From the NCBI RefSeq assembly GCF_963921235.1, contig NC_086108.1:94552001-94616000 (forward strand): a stretch of 64,000 nt of DNA. The letters run 5' to 3'. The position numbers and the translations under genes were made by a program. The stretch is from Mobula hypostoma. Its lineage: Eukaryota. Each line of letters opens with the position of its first letter. The stretch's first letter is position 1. Under the pieces are notes generated by a model, which saw only the letters and a list, made by a program, of their open reading frames with translations, did not search any database and had not been told where the DNA came from. Shown one piece after another: positions 51,782 to 64,000 of the stretch.

Positions 51782-52329
51782 CTGCAAATCATAAACATAA
51801 ATGTCAGCTGTTATAATGTACCAGCAACCCAAAGATGGGCAATAATTTCTTAAAATAAAGCCCCTTAAATAGTTTCAAACCTTTTCAGCTTTCTTAACAA
51901 AAAGGTTCAAATAGATCAATATCAGAGAATGTATAAAGTATACAACCTGAAATTCTTACTCTTCACAGATATCCATGAAACAAGAAATCCAATAGATCAA
52001 ATGACAAAAACATCAAACCCCAAAGCCCTCCTCCCCCCACGCACAAGCGTCAACCCTCCCCCTCCCCCCACATGAACAGTAGAGGCACTGACCCCCCCCC
52101 ACCCCCACTCAGCATCTTGGTATCTCAGACAGGCTCTCCCTCACCCCCCCCGTACCCCCGCCCATCGAGGAAGAGAGAGGTCGCCCCTGTAACACAAGAA
52201 TGGAGACCAGCAACTTGCTGTTCCAATGTACATAGAAGGCCACTTAGCCTAAAGGGTCCATGCTGGCTGTCAGAGATTTCTTCATGGGACTTATTTGCAT
52301 GGGATTGCACAGTGATGGAGAGAGTATTA

Positions 52330-52790
52330 AATCATAAACACAAGAAATTCTGCAGCTGCTGGAAATCTTGGGCCACACACACAAAATTCTTGAGGAACTC
52401 AGAAGGCCGGGTAGTGTCTATGGAGAGGAATAAACCGTTGATGTTTCAGGCCGAGACCCTTGCTCAGGACTGGAAAGGAAGGGGGAAGATGCCAGAATAA
52501 GAAGTGGGGGAGGGGAAGCAATTCAAACAAGCAAGTGAGGCCAGGTCAGTACGAAGATGGGTGGGCAGGAAGGTGGAAATGAAGTAAGAAGCCGGGAGGT
52601 GATAGGTGGAAGAGGTAAAGGACTGAAGAAAGAGGAATCTGATAGGAGGGGACAGTGGACCATTGAAGAAAGGAAAGGAGAAGGGAAACCAGAGGGAGGT
52701 GAACAGAAGAGAAGGTGTGAGAGGGGAAGCGGAATGGGCAATGGAAAAAATAGAGGAGGGGAGAACAAGGAGAGAAAGGAGACAGCAGTG
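52330..52790 (-). mobile_element. Penelope-like 3' UTR/pLTR fragment
   Basis: Same terminal sequence and purine-rich UTR as 6740-7300. Decayed hammerhead at 52435-52472. Confidence 0.65.
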
Positions 52791-53281
52791 ACAGGACTGC
52801 ACTGCTGGAGACATGGTCTGTCTCTGACCTCATCTGAATGCTGAATTCTTTCTCATGGTCGCTGGGTGCCACGGCTCCCCTTGCCCCACCACAATTTTAA
52901 ACTCCATTTCCCTCCAACGTACCTGCCTGCGTCATGGCCTTGGCTCAGGTCCCAACTAGCAACTGCCAGACTTCCAACTTCTCAGCCCTTCTCCTGTTTG
53001 CTGCATCCCAACCCATCAGCTTAAAACCAGCATGCAGCAGATCTGGCACCATTTCAAACGGAGAATTAAAGAACACTGCAGCACAGAAATGGGCCCTTCA
53101 ACCCATCTAGTCCATGCCGTACTATAACTCTGCCCAGACCCATCAACCTGCACGCACTTCATTAACTCTTCATAACCCTCCCATCCATGCACTTTGACCG
53201 ATCATTCTTACTCCCTTCCACGCAGTTCACGGCGTTAGGACACGGGCGATGTCACCTTTGCATTCCCTTCACTTCACTCAC

Positions 53282-53452
53282 CTCAACGGCTCTGCAAGCT
53301 CCCGTTGAGCTCATCCTGATGTGGAAAAGCCGTACTGATGCCGTAGGGGTCTGGCCACCCTTCCTGGAGGTCCCGCCGAGGTGCACGATGAGTGGTCTGT
53401 CTTTAAATATGCTCAGCAGATGAGGAGGCTCCTGACCCTGAGTGACCCGCAC
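53282..53452 (-). CDS. Gelsolin/scinderin-family exon (G4-G5)
   Basis: ctag|[57 protein letters not shown]|gtgagt. 171 nt. Confidence 0.94.
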
Positions 53453-54384
53453 CTAGGAGACAAGGAGCAGCCCCCTTTCAGTAACAATAACCCCGTTGGG
53501 GAAAAAAAAACTTTGGTTCCAACCTACAGCAAGCAAGGCAGTGAACTCGGTGAGAAAGCACTGGTATGATGCAAGAAGTAGGAGATCATGTTCCAGTGAA
53601 AAAAAGAAAGACTAGCCTTACTTGTCAAATGTGTATCGAAATAAACATCATTTGCATCAAAGACCAGAACAGTCTGAGGGGGCAGTACCACGTGGCACTC
53701 ACTTTCAGTGCCAGTACATAGCATGCCCACAATTTACTAACCCGTACATCTTTGTAATGTGGGAGGAAACCCACATGGTCATGTGGAGAACGTACAGACT
53801 CTTTATGGACAGTGGTGAGAATTGAACCCCTACACTACCATGCCACAGTGGAAAGGAGGAGGATGGGCAAAGGCCCCGATGTGTCCAGTCAGCTAATCCC
53901 ACCCAAGCAAGGTGGTGACTGTGAACCCGGCCATGTGTTGCGTGCTGCTTACAACATCTGCAGCCTGGAGCTTCCCTTTAAACAACGTACTTTTGAACTG
54001 TCTTAATGAACAAGTGATTTCCCACAACCTGTCGACTGACTTTCAAAGACTCTTCATCTCAGGATCTCAATACTTACTGCTTAGTCATTTGTTATTACTA
54101 CCTCTTTTGTATCTGCAGAGTTTGTTGTCTTTTGCACATCGGTTATCTGTCAATCCTGTTGGGTGCGGTCTTTCATTGATTCTATTGTGCTTCTTTCGGA
54201 TTTACTAAGTATGCCCAGAAGAAAATGAACCTCAGGGTAGTATATGCTGACATATATGTACTTCAATAATAAGTTTACTTTGAACTTTGAATTGCCCTCA
54301 CTTCAGTGGAAGCATGCTAATGAAATTGCTAGTGTGCATTTCAATGCAGGTGGAACGTTTTGGGAGGAAGAGTCCTCAAGACAA

Positions 54385-54995
54385 GGCAAGACAGCGGCTA
54401 TACTTTATCAGGAGTTTGAAGAGATTTGGCATGTCAACAAATAAACTCAGAAACTTCTATAGTTGTACCATGGAGAGCATTCTAACAGGCTGCATCACTG
54501 TCTGGTATGGAGGGGCTACTGCACAGGACTGAAGGAAGCTGCAGAGGGTTGTAAATCTAGTCAGCTCCATCTTGGGTACTAGCCTACAAAGTATCCAGGA
54601 CATCTTCAGGGAGCAGTGTCTCAGAAAGGCAGCATCCATTATAAAGGACCTCCAGCACCCAGGGCATGCCCTTTTCTCACTGTTACCATCAGGTAGGAGG
54701 TACAGAAGCCTGAAGGCACACACTCAGCGATTCAGGAACAGCTTCTTCCCCTCCGCCATCCGATTCCTAACTGGACATTGAATCTTTGGACACTACCTCA
54801 CTTTTTAAAAAAAATACAGTATTGCTGTTTTTTCACTTTTTAAAAATCTATTCAATATACGTAATTGATTGATTTATTTATTATTTTATTTATTTTTTTC
54901 TCTCTGCTGGAATAAGTATTGCATTGAACTGCTGCTGCTAAGTTAACAAATTTCACTTTACATTCCGGTGATAATAAACCTGATTCTGATTCATA
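54385..54995 (+). mobile_element. Rex1/Babar-type LINE 3' fragment
   Basis: RLYFIRSLKRFG...ESILTGCITVWYG...LLPSGRRYRSLK...FRNSFFPSAIRFL, then AATAAA and (CTGATT)n tail. Related fragments at about 5930-6230, 24890-25385, 30175-30480 and 50520-50960. Confidence 0.8.
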
Positions 54996-57196
54996 CAAGT
55001 TTTCAAGCAAGGACAGTTCCTGCGAACATTGCACATAGAGCTTATGGAGAGATACAGCATGGAAACAGGTCCTTCAGTCCATCGAAGGTGGCTAACCATC
55101 AAGCACTCATTTACTAATCCAAATGTATTACTTTTATTCTCTTCACTTACTCATCAAACTCATCAAATTTGATCAAAACACACATAAAATGCTAGAGGAT
55201 CTCAGCAGGTCAGGCAGCATCGATGGAAATGGACAGACAGTCAACATTTCTGGCTGACACCCTTCTTCAGGACTGAGAGGGAAAGCACAGTGGGGGAGCA
55301 GAGAGAGAGTTTCACTGAACACGTGTCAAAAAGAAGATTTAAACTTCTTCAGGGTAGGCATTCCTTGAAGAGACTTTACAGTGAATCGGCAAATCATAAA
55401 CAAGAGAAAGTTTGCAGATGCTGGAAATCCAAAGCAACACACACAAGATGCTGGAGGAACTCAGCAGGTTAGGCAGCATCTATGAAAATGAATAGATAGT
55501 CAACGTTTTGGGCCAAAACCCTTCTTCAGGACTGATGTTCATCTACAGACTTGGGACAACTTACAATGGCCAATTAATGTACCAAGCTCCACGTCTTTGC
55601 CAGAGGAGAGAACTGATAGAATTTTATAAGATCACGCGCAGTATAGATTCTGGCTGTCTAACCTGTGCTTCTCCCCGAGGGAGGACGGCATAGTAGCATA
55701 GTGTTAGTGCAAGGCAGCAACCCCAGGTTCAATTCCACTGCTGTCTGTAAGGAGTTTGTACGCTCTCCCCGTGACCGCCTAGGTTTCCTCCGGGTGCTTT
55801 CAAAGTCCAAAGACATGCAGGTTAGTAGGTTAATTGGCCACATGGGAGCAACTGGGTGGTGAGGCCTTGTTTGGCCAGAAGGGCCTGTAACCATGCAGAA
55901 TATCGAAGATAAAAAATGCCAAATACTAGCGAGCAAGCACTTTCGACAAGAAGGGAACGTTTATAGGGGAAGTGTCGGGCAAGATTTTTTAAAATCCAGA
56001 GTGGTGGGTACCTGGAACACACCGCCAACTGAGGTAGAAGAAACAGGTACAATAGAGATGTTCAATAGGCTTTTTGATAGGCACATGAATACGTAGGAAA
56101 TGGAGGAATATGGATCATGTGCTGGCAGGAGGGATTAATTCAGTATCACAATCAGAATCAGGTTTTTTATCACTGACGTACGTCGTGAAACTTATTGTTC
56201 TGTGGTAGCAGTACAGTGCAATACATGAATATACTATAAAATACAATAAGAAATATATATAATTAAATATGTAGAGTGAAAAGAGAACTAATAGTGAGGT
56301 CGTGTTCATGGGTTCATTGTCCATTCAGAAACTGATGGTGGAGGGGAAGAAAGTGTTCCTAAAATGTGGAGTGTGTGTCTTCACGCTCCTGTACCTCTTT
56401 TCTGATGGTAGTACTGAGAAGACAGCATGTCTTGGGCACTGCCTTTCGGAGGCATCACCTGTTGAAGATGTCCTCAGTGGTGGGGAGGCCAATGCTATGA
56501 TGGAACTTGCAGAGTTTGCAAACCTCTGCAGCTTTTACTAAATGTGTACAGTGGCCCCCTCCTTACCCAACTGCGATGCAACCAGTCAGACCGCGGGCTG
56601 AAGGGTCTGTTCTCTGTACCTTCCTCCTTTGGCTTGGTGTGCACGGTCCAACTACCATTTTTGCTCTGCATCCAAACAGAATCAACTCTACCAAAGGCAA
56701 GCACTACGTAGACAAATCTATTTGATTGAAATATATAGCTTCTACTTCAATTGCCAGAAGTGGAACACATTTAGATTTGATTACCACATGTATATTGGAA
56801 TGTAAAGTGAAATGTGTCATTTGCGCCAACAACCAACATGACCTAAGGATGTGCCAGGGGCAGCCCGCAAGGGTCACCACGCATCCCGCGCCAACACAGC
56901 ATGCCCACAATGCTCGGCAGAACAACACAGAGCACAACGGGCAACAGAACAACAACAAAACAACAAGCCCCTTTCCTCTCCCCCACCCACATACATGGAC
57001 AGTCCGCCAACTCCATGACAGGGCTCTGGCCTCAGCCATTGGGCCACAACCTCCGGACTTCCAATCGGCCTTTGGGCCTCGAACTTCAGTTTCAACCCCT
57101 GGACTAGCTGATGACAGTTCCCCATTTTAAATGTTAATAAACAGAAATACTCGAGTAAACGTATGATTGATAGACCTAACGAGGGTCAGTACATAC

Positions 57197-57287
57197 CTGG
57201 ACAGGCAAATCTTTCATCTGCTGATCAAGTTCAACTGCAAGGGCAGCTGATGCTCCAAGTTCATCTGTTGTAGCCTTGCTGCCTTGC
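57197..57287 (-). CDS. Gelsolin/scinderin-family exon (G4)
   Basis: ttttaag|(W)QGSKATTDELGASAALAVELDQQMKDLPVQ|gtatgt. 91 nt. Confidence 0.92.
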
Positions 57288-57382
57288 CTTAAAAAGTAAA
57301 CAAGCATTTAAAAAAAATATCCCGGCTAGCTTTCCTAGTCTGTCCAAAATGACCTCTTATGTGCACATGAACGAAGGCTTAC

Positions 57383-57516
57383 CAAATGTAAATGAGATGC
57401 TTCTGTGTGTCACCCGACTTGTAAGAGTACAGGATAAGGTAGCAGTCTCCACCGTAGAACTGCCCGTAAGATGAAGAGTCCACAGGCTCTTTCTTGAACT
57501 CCTCAATCCGCCAAAT
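57383..57516 (-). CDS. Gelsolin/scinderin-family exon (G4)
   Basis: gcag|[46 protein letters not shown]|gtaag. 134 nt. Confidence 0.94.
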
Positions 57517-57613
57517 CTGCAGGAAGACAGTGAAGACATTTTCATCCAGCCCACCAACTCCAGACCCTTGTGCATGAAGGTTCAATCTGCCCTGCCAACT
57601 ATTGACTTGTTAC

Positions 57614-57829
57614 CTGGACCTTGCCCGACCCGTCATCCACCATGTTGTATTGTGCGGCCATGGCTGGCGATTCATGAAGCTTCGTGACATCAAAGGGGAT
57701 TGACTTGATTTTGGCAACACTGCCAATGGTGTACACTTTCCCAAGCCCTTCAGTCTGGCCTACCACCTTCCAGTCGGAAAAGAATTGAGTGAACAATGGT
57801 GTCTCACCATTCTCTGCGAGAATTTCGAT
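57614..57829 (-). CDS. Gelsolin/scinderin-family exon (G3-G4 linker)
   Basis: tacag|IEILAENGETPLFTQFFSDWKVVGQTEGLGKVY...FDVTKLHESPAMAAQYNMVDDGSGKVQ|gtaac. 216 nt. Confidence 0.94.
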
Positions 57830-58862
57830 CTGTAAAAGAAGGAAAGAGTGGAGTTTCTGTTTATCGCGGATTTAACCAAATCAACAAGTAGATTAACAAT
57901 TATCCGTGTTCCACTGGGCCAAATAAGATGCACCTCAAGTAAGATCCATCAGTACAGTGAGATAAACACAAAATTTGCTGCAGATGCAGGAGGTCTTCAG
58001 AAACACACAAAAAGTGAAGGAACTCCGCAAGTCTTTCACTGCTACCGGAGGAAGATCCCTGCATTTCGATGGTCTCATCTCTCTCTCGATGCTGTCGGAG
58101 GATGGTGCCAGATTTGTGGGTCTTGGGCAAGGTTTATTGACGTGGTTTGTGGACTGGACTGTAGTTCACGTTATGATGTGTTTCTGGCTTTGGTCACTCC
58201 TTTTTTTGTTGTAACACACCCAAAATGCCGGAGGAACTCAGTGGGGCAGGCAGCACCTATGGAAATGCCAACTGTTTACTCTTCTCCATAGGCGCTGCTT
58301 GGATTTCCAGCATCTGCAGACTTTCTCTTTTCTTGTTGCTATTTTGGGCGATTTTGAATCGGGGCAGCTTGCACATTATGAACACTGAGCTGAGCTGAAT
58401 ATGCCTGGACTCTTCCAACTTTGTGTTTTATACTATTTTGCTTTGTGCTCACTTTTTTGTTGTAGCTTGCAAAATTTGTTTTTTTCTTGCATGTGGGGGG
58501 TTGGGGGGTGTTGATGCTTTTCTTTCCATTGGCTCCATGGTTTTCTCTGTTTTGTGACTGTCTGTGGGAAGACAAACCTCAAGGTTGTATACTGCATATA
58601 TACTTCAATAATAAACGCATATGGAATCTTTGAAGTCAGGCAACATCTATGGAGGGGAATAAACAGCCAACGTTTTGGGCCGAGGCCCTTCAGCTTCATA
58701 GATGCTGCCCGACTTGCTGAGTTCCTCCAGCATTTTATACATGTTACTCAAGAGTTTCAGCATCTCCAGAATTTCTTGTGTGTAATGTTTTAGGTTTTTT
58801 TTAAACAGTAGATAAATCAAGGGAGTGGACATAACTAGCCAGCCAGAGCCACACCACACCCT

Positions 58863-59640
58863 CTGCCTACCTTCCTATCCCTCTGATACAACGTGTAACC
58901 TTCAGCATTCAGTTCCCAACTGCACCATCCTTCAGCCATGATTCAGTGATGGCCACAATATCATACCTGACAAACTGTAATAGCGCAACAAGATCATCCA
59001 CCTTATTTCTTTTACTCCGTGCATTGAGATATAACACTTTGAGTACTGTATTTGCTACCCTTTTTCATTCTGCATCCCTAATACACTGATCCTCACCCTG
59101 CTGGCTGCAATTATGTCCTATCATCTGCCTTCCCTTCCTGACAGTCTGACTGCATGCAGTCTTTCCCTTTTTACCATCCAGCCCCATCCTATCCTGAGTC
59201 CCTTCACTCTGGTCCCCATCTCCTGCCAAATTAATTTAAACCCTCCCCAACAGCTCTAACAAACCAGCCCATGAGAATATTGGTCCCCCTCAGGTTCAGG
59301 GGCAACCCTTCACTTTTGAACAGGTCATACCTCCCCCAGAAGAGATCCCAATGATCCAAAAACCTGAAGCCCTGCCCCCTGCACCCCCCCCCCACCGCAT
59401 CAGCTTCTCAGCCACGCATTTATCTGCCAAATCATCCTGTTTCTACCCTCACTGGTGCGTGGCACAGGCAGCAATCTAGAAATTACTACCCTGGAGGTCC
59501 TGCTTCTCAGCTTTCTGCCTAGCCCTCTAAATTCTCTCTTCAGGACCTCTTTGCTTTTCCTTACTATGTCGTTGGTACCAATATGTACCAAGACATCTAG
59601 CAGCTCTCCCTCCCCCTCCAAAATGCTGTGGTCGTGATCC
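58863..59640 (-). mobile_element. CR1 fragment spanning the ORF1 esterase and ORF2 start
   Basis: VLVHIGTNDIVRKS...SRLLPVPR...INAWLRS (59400-59621). Confidence 0.8.
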
Positions 59641-61554
59641 CAGACGACATATCAGATGTCTTAATACGGGACGAGGTTGAAAGAACCAAAGTAACTGTGG
59701 CACGCCACTGTACTGTGGAGGCATGAGCTGCCACAAACAAAGCCCGTTTTGGAGTGGGGAACTTCAAAATGAGGCACAAAGCTCCTTGTTTGCTTTTACC
59801 AAGGCCCTGCTACTGCTTTCAGTTCTGGTACAGAATCCCTCACCCAACCTTGCCCAATATGGCTAGTCCATGCATCTGTGGCTATCTGAAGGACAAGTAC
59901 TCTTAAAAATAAATGTTGGCACGTAACACAGTTACTGTAGCTTTGATCTGCATATCTGACCAGTGGATCTATGTTAAATGCAAAAAAAATGAGTAAAAAT
60001 TAAGGAGACAAATTTCACACAGCAGTCTGATAAATCATGCACACTGACTCACACACACATCTACCCAACGACCACAGCTATATGGAAATTGAGCATTTCA
60101 GCTTCTATTGAAAGAGGAAATGCACCCTTACAGAATTCAATGCTAGGAGAAACGGGTAGCTGTACAAAAACGTATACCCACAATAAACAGAGCGGGAAGA
60201 AGTGAGGCTGAAGGATTCATCTCTGGTATGTCCACCCAGGAGCTAACAGACTTTCAAACTAAATTAAATGGACCGGAATGCATTGACGTCAAAAGTGAGA
60301 GGTCAGATTTCACCCCACCATTAATCTGCATTTGGGGATTAATCTTCTGGTGAACTTTCTGGAGTCTGTCCATGTTGAATTATTTGATAGTTTACGGGAT
60401 GCAGTTTTAAGGGGTTCCCTTATTCACTTTCAGTGCAACATGGCAGAGCAAATGCTGAGGGGTGGGGAAAGGGGGGAACAACTTTTTTTAAATTACTCTT
60501 CCTTTTATATTTCCACAGGATTACCAAGTAGTTAGGGCAGATGAGGAGAAACATACAAAGAAATTCCTCTACAATGCTTACTCCCCATTAGTCCTGTAAA
60601 TAAGATAACACAGCAGCTAAAATGAGTGCGGTAATTTTCTATTAAAATGCGCACTTGACTGAGATTTAATTATGGTCACTAAAGTCTATCTTGTAGCCAC
60701 AGTAACCTGATCAAAAACTACTCAAGGAAAGAATTGATTGGAGAGGTTGTGGACTCCATTTGGGGGACTTTAGGGTTAACGTTGCACGTGTTCCTGGTTG
60801 CTGGTTACTCTTTTTACTCTTTTGCCTTTGCTGCTTTTGAGTGGCGTGATCAGGGGCAGTCGATGCTGTCTGGGGCGCTTCAGCGAAGAAACCCTTGCCC
60901 TGTCACCTGCAACGGGCTACCAGTGCCACGCTGAACTGCACGAAACTGAATACTACTGGGCTTGTGGTTTGACGTTTGATATCCTCTGTGCTTTTTGCCG
61001 ATTGCGCAATTAGTTCTTTTCTCATGCTTTGGGTGTGTGTTGTTTTCTTGAACGGGTTCCATGGCGTTTCACTGTTTCGTGGCTGCCTGCAGGAGAACGC
61101 ATCTCAGAGTTGTATATTGTATACATATCTTGGTAATAAATGTACTTTGAATCTTCGAATCCTACTTTTATATTTAAAGTAAGATGCTCATAATCCTTTT
61201 GCAAATGATCCTCACTTTCGGGGACTCTACAACTCATGTTCTCAATATTATTTATTATTATTAGTTTTCTGTAATTGCTCAGTTTGACTTCTAATGCACA
61301 TTGGTTGTCTGTCGGTCTTTGGAGTTTTTCATTCGTCCTTTTGTGTTTATATGCATCTACTGTGAATGCCCGCAAGAAAATGGATCTCAAGGTAGTATAT
61401 GGTGATATGTAGCATGTACTTCGTTAATAAATTTACTTTGAATCATATATGGCTTCTTGCTTTTGACACATGAAATGACAGAACATTTCCACAGTTGCAG
61501 TCACATACCATTAGCTCCAATTGATGAATGAAATGCTGGAAAGTTGTCATTTAC

Positions 61555-61643
61555 CCGTGTATTTTTTGAATAGTTCTTTGTGTTAACGAAGAACTCGCAT
61601 GTTTCAAATCCAGCCTTCCGTTCAGACTTGCTAGCAGATTTTC
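61555..61643 (-). CDS. Gelsolin/scinderin-family gene, internal exon (end of domain G3); upstream exons not found in window
   Basis: ctccttag|(G)KSASKSERKAGFETCEFFVNTKNYSKNTR|gtaaat. 89 nt. Resembles gelsolin [20 protein letters not shown]...KQTQ. Confidence 0.85.
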
Positions 61644-63429
61644 CTAAGGAGAGAAATACTTGTTTATCTATGAGCTCTAAGGAATTTAACCCAAATTACA
61701 TCTGACTCATCATTTATGAAGTCATTACCCCCTAAGGCAGGGGGTTCCCAACCTTTTTCATGCCATGGACCCCTCCCCCTAAATGCCAGCAGGACTAATC
61801 GCCACAACAGGCCTCTTGTCGAAACATAAGCAGAAGAAGTCAAAAAGGATCCTCTGCATGTTACACGAGAACAATCATGTTAAACCCGGTGAAAATTAAT
61901 GGGAGTTAGCTTTTCTTTTGCTGCCTCTTGTTAAGGTAGCGTACATCATATAATTAGATGTCATTTAAAACTTCTGAAGTAGACTGCATGCACTTTAATG
62001 AAAATTCAGCTTGCCGCACACAGCCAATTAACTGTTCCTTACGAGTAGCACCATTTCAGAATTTTTCAAAATGACGCCTCCTGTTTAAAATGGGAATTTG
62101 CTAAGTGCCAGCAACACTCGCATAAATCATCAATCATGCACTGTCTTGCAGAGGCTTCATCTTTAAAAGCTTTGGTTAGTCCGTATTTAGAATATTGTGT
62201 CCAGATCTGATCATCTCTATTTCCTTTTTTCTCTTCCATAGCTACACAGTTTGCTGGGTTTTGCACATCGCTTGTTTGTCCGCCCTGTTTGACATGGTCT
62301 TTCGTTGATTTTATTATGTTTCCTATATCTACTGAGTATGCCCCCAAGAAAATGAATCTCAGGGTTGTATATAGTGATATATATAGAATATGGAAGACTA
62401 CAGCCTAGGAACTGGTCCTTTGGCCCTCAATGTTGTGCTGAATCAGCTAAAAAGCAAATCAAAACACCCAAACACTAATCCCTCCTGCCTACACAATGTC
62501 CATATCCGTCCATCTTCCTCACCTCCATGTGCCTATCCAAACGTCTCGTAAAAGCCTCTACCACCATAACCGGGCAGCACATTCCAGTCATCCACCACTC
62601 GCTGAGTAAAAAGAACTTGCCCCTCACATCCTCTTGAACCGCCTTTGACAATAAATTTACTTTGAACTTTGTTATAGGAAGGAAGTGGATGCTCTTGTGT
62701 CTCCATGGTGACAACTGCCTCATCATCAGATTAAATTGTAAATCATTGAAATCAATTCAAATAAAAACATTAAACTATTTCATAATATTTTCTTAATTGG
62801 GACAAGTAACAATAACTTGGATAACTTTGCCTTAAATAAACAGGGTACACTGGGTACATCTTGTACATGAGGATAGATATGATCTATACTTGGCTCATCA
62901 GGCTACAGAATATCAAGGGGAGGACTGGACTGTGGGATCCAGTGAGTCCACGCCCAACACCCACAGGTACAGAACACACCAAGGCAACGGTGGTTTTCGA
63001 CATACCTACAAGCTCGCCCTCGGAGTGACCTTGTCAATATATTTGCAGACACGAGCAGAGCCCGCACCAAGATATGGTGCCGCAGTGGTGCAGCGGTTAG
63101 CTCCACACTATCACAGCTCGGAGTTACAAGCTCAATCCCAGCATCCGCTATAAGGCGGCGGTACGCCCTCCCCATGGAATGCGTGGGTTGTCCCTGGGTG
63201 CTCCAATTTCCTCCCACGGTCCAAAGACGTACCGGATAGGTTAGTTGGTCATTGTAAATTATCTCATGATCAGGTTAGGGTTGAGTTGCAGTTGCCGGAG
63301 TGGCACTGCTTGAAGGACCAGAAGCTCTATCACTAAAGCTTCCTATTTCCATTATACCTCCATCACATGCAGAGCCTGATCATCCAAGCGACAATTTCCC
63401 AGGTAGAGGCTTTTAACTGAACTCACGGA

Positions 63430-64000
63430 TAGAACACTAAGTAGAGTTATAGAGTCAGCCGGTCTAGACAATGCCAGTCAATTCTGTCCCATCTACCTGA
63501 ACCCAGCCCATGGCCCTCCATACTTCTGTCATCCATGTACCTATCCAAACTTCTCTTCAATATTACAATTGATCCTGCATCCAGCACCTCCACTGGCAGC
63601 TCGTTTCACACTCACACCACCCCGAGTGAAATTTCCCCAACAGTTTCCTCTTACATATTTCTCAAACCTGTGGCCTCTGGTTCTAGTTTCCCCCAACCTC
63701 AGTGGAAAAAGCCTGCTTGCATTTACTGTATCTATACCCTTCATAATTTTGTATATCTCTATCAAATCTCCTGTCAGTCTCCTGTGCTCCAGGGGATAAA
63801 GTCCTGACATATTCAGTCTTTCTCTATAACTCAAGTCCTGGTGTCCTGGCAACATCCTTGTAAACTTTCCCTGCACTTTTCTAGTTTACTGATATCTTCC
63901 TAGTAGGTAGGTGACCGGAACTGCACACAATACTCCGAATTCAGCCTCAGTGATGTCTTGTACAACTTCAACATAACATCCCAACTCCAGTAATGCCCCC
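63430..64000 (-). mobile_element. Old CR1 3' fragment running off the window
   Basis: ORF 63541-63876 FTRMLPG...LEHRRLTGDLIEIYKIMKG. Confidence 0.85.

Noticed and set aside
61644..64000. Next upstream gelsolin-family exon (expected to end ...IFVWK)
   Set aside because: Not found by eye. The region is SINE/CR1 sequence, so the exon probably lies beyond the window.

Overview
Eukaryotic (vertebrate) genomic DNA. The repeat content (CR1 LINEs, V-SINE/HE1-type SINEs, Rex1/Babar fragments, Penelope-like elements) suggests a cartilaginous fish, probably a ray; this is an inference. Two spliced protein-coding genes lie in tandem on the minus strand, both rebuilt by hand with consistent GT-AG sites and codon phases. 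(1) A complete 6-exon RDH8-like short-chain dehydrogenase, CDS 38032->17035, 957 nt, 318 aa. (2) The last 10 coding exons of a gelsolin/scinderin-family gene, 61643->44948, whose 5' part is not found in the window. Most of the rest is transposable elements. The most notable signals are: a minimal type-I hammerhead ribozyme motif in Penelope-like terminal repeats (best copy 6951-6986 minus, plus at least 7 decayed copies); tiny hairpin insertions of Penelope terminal sequence with 14-15 bp target-site duplications; and a four-layer nest (CR1 < solo LTR < inverted related solo LTR < young CR1) with readable TSDs. I found no prokaryotic-type system and no CRISPR array. All coordinates were read by eye, and TE boundaries are approximate unless a TSD is cited.
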